Below are positions 8,121 through 15,024 of a stretch of 16,226 nucleotides of DNA, piece by piece (position 1 is the first letter of the stretch; the number at the start of each line of letters is the position of its first letter). Source of the stretch: Oligoflexales bacterium (GTDB taxonomy: Bacteria > Bdellovibrionota_B > Oligoflexia > Oligoflexales > Bog-1112). A model generated the notes under the pieces. The model had not been told where the DNA came from and made no database searches. It saw only the letters and a list, made by a program, of their open reading frames with translations. The stretch lies in NCBI GenBank assembly GCA_045106415.1, contig JBGCEP010000083.1, positions 1-16,226 on the forward strand. Reading direction: 5' to 3'. The translations under genes were made by a program, and so were the position numbers.

Positions 8121-9338
8121 AGCGCTTTGAAATCTGCTTCGAACCCAAGGTGATTTTAAAAGAATGGCTGCTGTAAATAAAAAAGAAAAACACATGAAAA
8201 ACAGGCCTTTTAGGTCTGTTTTTTCGTCTAAGCACCAACCAAATGCCACAGGTGACACTGCTGTTGAAGCAATGATAAATGGTTTCATAGCGCTTTTGAT
8301 TCTTCCCAGTTCTTCTGTTCCGTAACACTCGGCCCATAGGGCGGTATATATGCATGAAGCAAGACCAATGGTTGTACCAAACCCTCCCATGTAAAGAGGG
8401 ATAGCCCAAGGTGAATTTTGAGTAGAGATAACAAGAAGACTGAGAAAAAGTGGGATGAGTGGGGTTGCTGAAAGAGAGCAGGCAGCCCATTTGTCAACAA
8501 AAAAACCTCCGCTAAAAGTTCCAATAACTCTACATATAGCGTAGATAGGAAAGCACGCTATCATCCATTGAAGTTCCCACCCTTTTTGCGCTGCGATCGC
8601 TGCCTGATGGAAGAAAAGCCCTGTCCCAATAAAGGGGTACGCCATCAGAGAAGGAAGTATAGATAAGAAAAATGGAGATTTTATAAGTTTCCATGTCGAG
8701 GTTTTTTGATCATTCTCTTTTGCTATGGAGGTGAATGTAGGTTGCAAAAAGAGGTCATTTTTAGGAAGTAGGTAGATAACAGTTGGGATAAAGAGAACAG
8801 CATTGATAAAAATGAGAAAAGACAAAGAATCTTCCCAACCCAAGTGTTTTAGAAGAAAAGCAAGTAGAAGGGGTAGGATTGCTTCTCCGATGGGATGACC
8901 AAGACCAGAGATGGCAAGAGCACGTCCTCTAAATTTTTGAAAATAGCGACTTGAAGCGGTGGCAGAAATATGAGGAAGAAGAGCTTGACCACATAAACGA
9001 ATAAAAAAAAGTGCAAGAAAAAGAACAAGAGGGGAGCGAGCCTTTATAAGTAAAAGATAGCCAATGATCAAGCCACTGTTCACCAATAGGCTATACCTTC
9101 TGAGGTGAGTCCTATCAATACAGGCACCAAGAAAAGGAATGAGACAAGCAGAGCAGATTGTAGCTGCGCTATATAAAGAGCCTAATGCCATGTGACTCAT
9201 GCGATGAATACTCTGAAGTTGTGGTAAAAAAAGAGCGATGAAAAAAGTCTGGCCAAAACCTGAAAAAAAAGTATGAACCGCGCTATAAAATAAAGGGCGA
9301 GGCTCTTTTCTTATTAAACCGAGGTAAGACTCCAACAT
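8103..9338 (-). CDS. MFS transporter (~12 TM, substrate unknown)
   Basis: 411 aa hydrophobic protein. Motif-A-like GACIDRTHLRR and GGFFVDKW; FFSGFGQTFFI, RLCGQ, SRYFQKFRGRALAI, WAECYGTEELGRI. Confidence 0.92.
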   Translation of the reverse strand: MLESYLGLIRKEPRPLFYSAVHTFFSGFGQTFFIALFLPQLQSIHRMSHMALGSLYSAATICSACLIPFLGACIDRTHLRRYSLLVNSGLIIGYLLLIKARSPLVLFLALFFIRLCGQALLPHISATASSRYFQKFRGRALAISGLGHPIGEAILPLLLAFLLKHLGWEDSLSFLIFINAVLFIPTVIYLLPKNDLFLQPTFTSIAKENDQKTSTWKLIKSPFFLSILPSLMAYPFIGTGLFFHQAAIAAQKGWELQWMIACFPIYAICRVIGTFSGGFFVDKWAACSLSATPLIPLFLSLLVISTQNSPWAIPLYMGGFGTTIGLASCIYTALWAECYGTEELGRIKSAMKPFIIASTAVSPVAFGWCLDEKTDLKGLFFMCFSFLFTAAILLKSPWVRSRFQSALQRRL

Positions 9339-9566
9339 GAAAGATCCTGTGTTTTGTTGTTGGCGGAATGCTTTATGTGTTCGCGACCTTTTAAAGGCAG
9401 GTTAGATGTTGTGACAGAACCTGACAAGTTTTTATCTTGACCGCCTGGCCAAAAAAAGAGATTTTTTTTAAAAAAAGTTAAACTGAACAGTTCATCTATC
9501 AGATGTGTGTAACCTCTATAAGCGCCTGCTTTCAAATGGATAATCTTAGTTTTTGTTATATTTTTG

Positions 9567-9595
9567 TTGACGCGAGGTTGAGAAGACTGTAACAA
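9567..9595 (+). promoter_or_regulatory. Putative sigma70 promoter of the nucleotide translocase gene
   Basis: TTGACG (9567-9572)-N17-TAACAA (9590-9595), with a T-rich UP-like tract upstream. Confidence 0.4.
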
Positions 9596-9676
9596 GTCCC
9601 ATGATCTTTAGCCCCGCTGTTGTTGGCGTGGTGTCATCCCACCTCAGGCACTTTCTGTTTTTTTTGGAGGTATTCA

Positions 9677-11242
9677 ATGTCAGGAACCGGAGAATCGGCA
9701 TCTTTTGGTAAGATCCGATCAGTATTGTGGCCAATTTACTCTTATGAGTTAAAGAAGCTCCTTCCTATGTTTTTTATGTTTTTCTGCATTTCGTTCAACT
9801 ACACGATTTTGCGTGATACGAAGGATGCGTTGGTAACTACAGCTCCAAATTCTGGTGCAGAAGCAATTCCTTTCTTGAAGTTGTGGTGTGTTTTACCTGC
9901 TGCAATTCTTCTTGTCTATATTTACTCGCGTTTGAGTAATGTCCTTAGCCGTGACCGCCTTTTTTATACAATGATCGCTCCTTTCATGGCTTTTTTCATT
10001 CTTTTCGGGTTTGTTTTATATCCAATGCGTGATGTGATTCACCCAACTGAAACAGCAGCAATGTTAAGGGAAATCTTACCGTCTACCGGTTTTTTTCGTG
10101 GCCTTTTAGCTGTGTTTGAACACTGGAGCTTTAGCATCTACTACGTTTTGGCTGAAATGTGGGGAAGCATGGTTCTTTCTATGATGTTTTGGGGGTTTGC
10201 TAATGAAATCACAAAAACAACTGAAGCAAAACGTTTTTATGGTCTTCTCGGTATCGGTGCAAACCTTGCTCTTGTTGTTTCTGGTCCTGTGACAATTTGG
10301 GCTTCTCCTGGTCGTGGTCAGCCTTTTGGTTCTTCTCTTCAAGTTTTGATGACATTAACTACGATCTCAGCAGCTCTTGCTGTAGCGACATATGCTTGGA
10401 TGAACCGTTACGTATTAACAGATCCTCGTTTTTATGACCCATCAAAAGTTCGTAAGAAAAAGCCCAAAACAAAAATGCCAATGAGCGAGAGCTTAAAGTT
10501 CTTGTTTCAATCACGCTACTTAGGTTGCATTGCATTTATGGTGATGGCTTATGGCCTAACAATCAACCTGATTGAAGTTGTCTGGAAGGGTCAGGTTCAG
10601 ATGATGTACCCAGATCCGGCTGATTACACGCGTTTCCGTGGGCAGTTTTCAACAGCAATGGGACTTTGTAGTCTTGTCATGTTTATCTTTGTAAGTCACA
10701 ACGTCCTTCGCCGTTTTGGTTGGACTGTTGCAGCTCTTATCACTCCTGTTATTCTTATGTTCACAGGAACGTCATTTTTTGGATTTGCAACTTTCCGTGA
10801 CGCGATTCCATCTGTGCTTATGCTTGGAACGTCACCTTTGATGATGGCTGTTATCTTTGGTGCTGCTCAGAATGTTATGACAAAATCTTCAAAATACTCT
10901 CTTTTTGATCCTACAAAAGAGATGGCGTATATTCCTTTGGACGATGAGTCTAAGGTTAAAGGTAAAGCAGCCATCGATGTTGTTGGAGCTCGTCTTGGTA
11001 AATCAGGCGGATCTTTGATTTTGATGCCTCTTATGCTCTTCTTCACAAGTATTACAGAACCACTTCCTATCTTTATTGTTGGATGTGTTGTGATCGGAGT
11101 TGGCATGGGTTGGATTAAATCCGCACGTACTCTTGGTGGTCTTTATCATGCACTTGTTGCTGAAAAAGAAGGCGAAGAAGCACTTGCAGCAGCTAATGAT
11201 TCTGAAAAAAGTCCTGTAGGAGCAGAACCTGCAAAAGCTTAA
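9677..11242 (+). CDS. npt1: ATP/ADP translocase (NTT/Tlc/Npt1, AAA family), 521 aa
   Basis: Start reassigned from TTG 9620 to ATG 9677 (SD GGAGG at 9666-9670). The N-terminus FGKIRSVLWPI..ELKKLLPMFFMFFCISFNYTILRDTKD..APNSGAEAIPF closely resembles chlamydial Npt1 and plastid NTTs. Also LAEMWGS, FWGFANEIT..EAKRFY, NLIEVVWK, KYSLFDPTKEMAYIPLD, KGKAAIDVVGARLGKSGG. Confidence 0.96.
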   Translation: MSGTGESASFGKIRSVLWPIYSYELKKLLPMFFMFFCISFNYTILRDTKDALVTTAPNSGAEAIPFLKLWCVLPAAILLVYIYSRLSNVLSRDRLFYTMIAPFMAFFILFGFVLYPMRDVIHPTETAAMLREILPSTGFFRGLLAVFEHWSFSIYYVLAEMWGSMVLSMMFWGFANEITKTTEAKRFYGLLGIGANLALVVSGPVTIWASPGRGQPFGSSLQVLMTLTTISAALAVATYAWMNRYVLTDPRFYDPSKVRKKKPKTKMPMSESLKFLFQSRYLGCIAFMVMAYGLTINLIEVVWKGQVQMMYPDPADYTRFRGQFSTAMGLCSLVMFIFVSHNVLRRFGWTVAALITPVILMFTGTSFFGFATFRDAIPSVLMLGTSPLMMAVIFGAAQNVMTKSSKYSLFDPTKEMAYIPLDDESKVKGKAAIDVVGARLGKSGGSLILMPLMLFFTSITEPLPIFIVGCVVIGVGMGWIKSARTLGGLYHALVAEKEGEEALAAANDSEKSPVGAEPAKA

Positions 11243-11263
11243 TTTTGTGTTCTGTTTTTGAAG

Positions 11264-11297
11264 AAAAGCCTCTGTATTTTATAGTACAGAGGCTTTT
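11264..11297. terminator. Bidirectional rho-independent terminator between the convergent npt1 and VWA genes
   Basis: aaaagcctctgta-ttttatag-tacagaggctttt: perfect 13-bp inverted repeat with a T-tract on both strands. The VWA gene stop codon lies in the loop. Confidence 0.85.
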
Positions 11298-12658
11298 TCT
11301 ATTTTAATTTTTTGAAATTTTTTATCTTCTTTGCAAGATTGAAAATCACCTGATTTGGCATCTTGTGTTGGTAAGCAGCAGTGCTTAGCAAAGATTTGAA
11401 AATCATCTTTGTCTCCTGTTTCTTTTATGTTTATAGTTATATTTTCTCTTCTCTCTTTCCAAACATCTTTAATGTCTGGTGACCATGTTTTAATAATGTT
11501 GTTTAATTTTCTAACTTCAATTTCTGAAGTCATACAGCTCATTTTCTTATTAGCAACTGTTTCACTGATATTTGTGTAGAGTTGATCTAGAAGTGATTTT
11601 TTAGTGAAAGGCCATGGGAGCTGATGATCGTCACTTGATGCTTGAGGGCTGAGGGCTTGCAGAAGAGCTTCATATTGATGAGATGGAGAAATCCAGTTAT
11701 CTATACAGTCTAATAGGCTAGGGTCAAGGGCCGCTGCTAGGTTTTCATCAAGGTCAATATTTTTTTTATTCCGTGATGAATAGAAGAATTTCCATTGATT
11801 AGGTTTTTGTGAAAAAAAGTCTTTCATAAAATCAGCGGTCGCACTTATATTACAGTCGTAGTCGAAATTAAGAGTGTCGTGACCCCATGAGTCAGTGACT
11901 AAAACGATTGTACGTATAGCATTCTCACGGTCTTCATTATCTTCTATATACTTAGAGGCTTCTTCTAGAGCTTTTAAACTTGCTTCAGGAATATCCCCCC
12001 CACCTTGAGCTGTATAGCTTCTTAGAGCACTTCTAAAGCTTTCTATATCGTTTTCAAATGATCTTGAAGGTTCAACGGTATCTCTGAAAGCTGTAAGATT
12101 GAGGTGGACATCAATATCCTCTTTTTCTAACTTTTTAGAGAAGTCACCAATTTGTGAAACAATCACGTCCAGTACATCATTCATAGAATTTGTGATGTCG
12201 ATGACAAAATGCATGGTAACGGGGTCTTTTATTTTTTCACCATCGATTTGTCGGGTGTTATAACCGTTGAAAAAAAGTTTTGTTTGTTTATCTTCTGCTT
12301 TTTTTATGATGACTTGTAGTGACTTTTCAATGTCATCACAATGAAGATAAATATCTTTGTCTTGTATGATATTTTGATAAACGATATCTCCTGACCTTTC
12401 TTTTGAAATATCTTCTTCTCCAATATGAAGAGAACATTCTTCAGAGAGGGCTCCATCCCAAGTGACCTCAATATTTTCGCCTTCTTTTATATGGATATCT
12501 TTTTTAGAAGAGTTGACTTCAAGGGTGATATCACTTGCCGTAGCTTCTTCAGCATTAGCAATGGCTTGTTTTTCACTGTTTTGGAAAGAACTTTTAGAAC
12601 ATGATGTTAGACAATAAAACACTAAAATGACAGGAAGATAAAGATTACTTTGATACAT
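11279..12658 (-). CDS. Lipoprotein with a von Willebrand factor A (VWA) domain
   Basis: Signal/lipobox LPVILVFYCLTS-C. MIDAS-like HFVIDITNSM (DxTxS), LTAFRD, AQGGGDIPEA, IVLVTD. A small beta-rich Cys-pair domain (IEVTWDG...C...LHC) precedes the VWA domain. Confidence 0.85.
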   Translation of the reverse strand: MYQSNLYLPVILVFYCLTSCSKSSFQNSEKQAIANAEEATASDITLEVNSSKKDIHIKEGENIEVTWDGALSEECSLHIGEEDISKERSGDIVYQNIIQDKDIYLHCDDIEKSLQVIIKKAEDKQTKLFFNGYNTRQIDGEKIKDPVTMHFVIDITNSMNDVLDVIVSQIGDFSKKLEKEDIDVHLNLTAFRDTVEPSRSFENDIESFRSALRSYTAQGGGDIPEASLKALEEASKYIEDNEDRENAIRTIVLVTDSWGHDTLNFDYDCNISATADFMKDFFSQKPNQWKFFYSSRNKKNIDLDENLAAALDPSLLDCIDNWISPSHQYEALLQALSPQASSDDHQLPWPFTKKSLLDQLYTNISETVANKKMSCMTSEIEVRKLNNIIKTWSPDIKDVWKERRENITINIKETGDKDDFQIFAKHCCLPTQDAKSGDFQSCKEDKKFQKIKIEKASVL

Positions 12659-12688
12659 GATGATCTCTAATGAAATGAACCTACAGAT

Positions 12689-12716
12689 ACATCGGGTTTT
12701 TTGTTCGATATCTTTA
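12689..12716 (-). promoter_or_regulatory. Putative sigma28 (FliA)-type promoter of the VWA lipoprotein gene
   Basis: Minus strand reads TAAA-gatatcgaacaaaaaa(16)-CCCGATGT, i.e. a TAAAG -35 and a CCGAT -10, ending 30 bp before the ATG. Confidence 0.55.
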
Positions 12717-12811
12717 GGGTATCTGTAATATTCTTTTTTATCATGTATTTAAAGTGAGAATGGTGTGAGTAGGTAAAATGTAGTATTCGCGAATGGGATT
12801 TATTTACATTT

Positions 12812-13186
12812 TTAGAACGCCGTGATGATCTCTTCTATAGATTCAACAAAGCTGTCATAGTCGAGTGCTTTTTTAAAGAAGTGGGTCACACCAAACTGTT
12901 TGAGTGTCTCAAAATCGTAATCAGAATATCCTGTCATACAAATGATAGCTTTGAGTTTGATTTCTTTTTCTTGTATCCAATTTAAAAGAAATATCCCGTT
13001 TTTTCCAGGCATTTTAATATCTGTTACAAGAATGCCATGAGGATTTTTTGTGAGAGAGTCCATAGCCTGATCTACGTTTGAATAAATTTTTATTTCACAC
13101 TCACTAAGAAACTCTAGTTGTTCTTTAATTGAATCAAGAATATCGATTTCATCGTCAACGATATGGATAATTTTTTTATGATTCAT
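12812..13186 (-). CDS. Single-domain response regulator (CheY-like receiver)
   Basis: IHIVDDE acidic pocket, LVTDIKMPGKNG phospho-acceptor, MTGYS, FFKK; SD GAGG before the ATG. Confidence 0.93.
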   Translation of the reverse strand: MNHKKIIHIVDDEIDILDSIKEQLEFLSECEIKIYSNVDQAMDSLTKNPHGILVTDIKMPGKNGIFLLNWIQEKEIKLKAIICMTGYSDYDFETLKQFGVTHFFKKALDYDSFVESIEEIITAF

Positions 13187-13260
13187 AAAACCTCTAAAAT
13201 TAAATTAAGATTTTTCGTATGATTTTATTGGAAGTCTACTTAGCGATGTGGTTTTGTCTT

Positions 13261-14505
13261 TTAGAAGCCCTCATCATCAAAGTCTTCAAATTTTGTAATA
13301 ATGTCTTGGGAACGATTGGTACCAGATTTTTGTGTAGAAGCTTTTGATAATATCTGAGAGTTATGGCTTGCAGATGTAAAGCTAGGGTCTTTTTGTAACG
13401 CGGATTCAAAAGCTTCAAGGGCATCATCTTTTTGTCCAGATTTATAATAACCTAAACCCATATTAAAGAATATACGAGCCTGAAACCGAGGTTTATCACT
13501 CAGAAAAGAAAGTGCAGTACGGTAGAGAGAAAGAGCTTGGTCGTATTTTAACTGCCGAATACATAAAACTGCAGAATCATTGAAAATAGAAGCTATCTCA
13601 CGAGGCTCTCTGATGTTTTTTAAAAGAGTAAGGGCATCGTTAATAGAGTCTTGAAGCATGTGACATTGACTTTTACCAATAATGGCTTCAGTTTTATCTG
13701 ATTGAAGCTCAAGAGCTTTGTCGAAATTTTTTTGTGCTGCTGCGGTTTTTCCTGATTTTAATAAAGCTTGCCCCAGCTCAACAATGCGATCAGAGTGCCA
13801 TGGATTTAAAATTTGTGCTTCTTGTAGAATATTAGATGCTTCTTCGTAGAGACCTTGTTTAAGGAAACATCGCCCGAGTAGGTGGCGGCCACGAGGATTC
13901 TCTGGAAATGATGACATTAGTTTTTTTGCTGTATTTCTCGCGTCTTCCCAGTTCTCTAATAAGATATGACAATTGGTTTTCTCTGCAAGAGTTTCTGACT
14001 TTAAACCATACTCTTCTTCAATCTCTAGAAGTATGTTTAAAGAGTCTTGGTACATGGCTAATTTTTTTTTCTTGATAGCATCTTCAAATTTAAGTCGATA
14101 ATCTTGTTGATGGCTGTCTTCTGCATAGTTCTGTAAAAATTGAATATGGTCGTTGAGGTCCTGTTTGGTCAGTGAGCCTTGATGAAATCGTGTGACTTGT
14201 TGATCAACAGCAAGTGCAACAAGCTCTTGAGAAACAGTCACAGAAATAAGAAATGTTGGGCGAGGAAGAAAATCTCCTGACATTTTTTTTGAAAATTCTA
14301 AAAGAGAAACTGTGGCAGGAGGTTGCCAGTCTATAATAAGAAGAGCGGTTTCATGTTTTTGTAAAAGATCTGAGCATTCGTCAATATTTGCTGCAACGTG
14401 AAGTGTTTTTATATTGCTGTCACGCACGCATTGACGCACTGAGTCACGGATTCCAGTGCTTTCTACGAAAACAATAGCGTCTTGAATAGGTACTGAAATG
14501 ATCAC
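13261..14505 (-). CDS. Tetratricopeptide-repeat protein with an N-terminal degenerate receiver domain
   Basis: Probable start GTG at 14505 (SD GGAGG 5 nt upstream) rather than 14574. Receiver-like N-terminus (AIVFVES...LHVAANIDEC...LLIIDW). TPRs: LLGRCFLKQGLYEEA, ELGQALLKSGKTAAAQKNFDKALEL, FFNMGLGYYKSGQKDDALEAFESALQKDP. Confidence 0.85.
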   Translation of the reverse strand: MIISVPIQDAIVFVESTGIRDSVRQCVRDSNIKTLHVAANIDECSDLLQKHETALLIIDWQPPATVSLLEFSKKMSGDFLPRPTFLISVTVSQELVALAVDQQVTRFHQGSLTKQDLNDHIQFLQNYAEDSHQQDYRLKFEDAIKKKKLAMYQDSLNILLEIEEEYGLKSETLAEKTNCHILLENWEDARNTAKKLMSSFPENPRGRHLLGRCFLKQGLYEEASNILQEAQILNPWHSDRIVELGQALLKSGKTAAAQKNFDKALELQSDKTEAIIGKSQCHMLQDSINDALTLLKNIREPREIASIFNDSAVLCIRQLKYDQALSLYRTALSFLSDKPRFQARIFFNMGLGYYKSGQKDDALEAFESALQKDPSFTSASHNSQILSKASTQKSGTNRSQDIITKFEDFDDEGF

Positions 14506-14805
14506 ATCAACCTCCCTGCTAAAGTCTATGATCTCATACATCATCGCTTTTTGAACATAGATTGAAAAAAACAATAGTTAAATGCGGTGTGCGAGTTTTA
14601 ACATAACCAGTTTCTTGAATTTTAAGAGAGGTTTGTCCAACTCTTTATTTAAAAAGACTGATTTAAAAATTCTCTGAATCCACAGACATACGAGATAGAT
14701 TAATCTTTTGTCGATAAATTTTCATCAAAATGAAAATCACTCCTTCTTTTTGAATGGTTTAGACGCACACTGGTCCCCAAAAAAATGGCAACTTCACTCA
14801 GAAAC

Positions 14806-15024
14806 TTAAAGCTTCATGAGCTGTTGAGAGGCTATGGCAAGAAAACCTAAGCTTAATGACATCATGGCTTGTTTAGCCCACCTTACTCTTTGTTCTCTCC
14901 TTCCAAATGCATCTTTCAAATAACTGTTTACACGTTCTGAAGATGAACGAGCTTTATATTTTCCTTTTTCAGGATGAGGTATTTTTATTTTCTCCCCTCT
15001 TCTTGGATTGTGATCGATACTTGG
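14806..15024 (-). pseudogene. C-terminal fragment of a DDE transposase (IS5/IS1182-like), truncated by IS256
   Basis: PSIDHNPRRGEK...YKARSSSERVNSYLKDAFGRREQRVRWAKQAMMSLSLGFLAI has the Y-x2-R-x3-ER-x-N-x2-LK motif of IS4/IS5-superfamily transposases. The upstream part of the called ORF (to 15105) is IS256 end sequence read in antisense. Confidence 0.75.

Noticed and set aside
9620..9676. TTG start at 9620 for the translocase
   Set aside because: The extension has no SD or family similarity; ATG 9677 has GGAGG and matches the family N-terminus.
8071..11106. Short overlapping ORFs in the MFS/NTT region (8071-8490, 8285-8524, 9314-9595, 9546-9734, 10106-10342, 10867-11106)
   Set aside because: They overlap well-supported transporter genes or promoter DNA and have no recognisable protein features.
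12775..12812. aaaatgta...tacatttt inverted repeat with an inner attcgcgaat palindrome as a terminator
   Set aside because: The stem is AT-only with a long loop and no clear U-tract, too weak to call.
14506..14574. Longer N-terminus for the TPR protein
   Set aside because: GTG 14505 has a well-spaced GGAGG and begins just before the receiver-like fold. The ATGs near 14544 remain possible but lack a clear SD.
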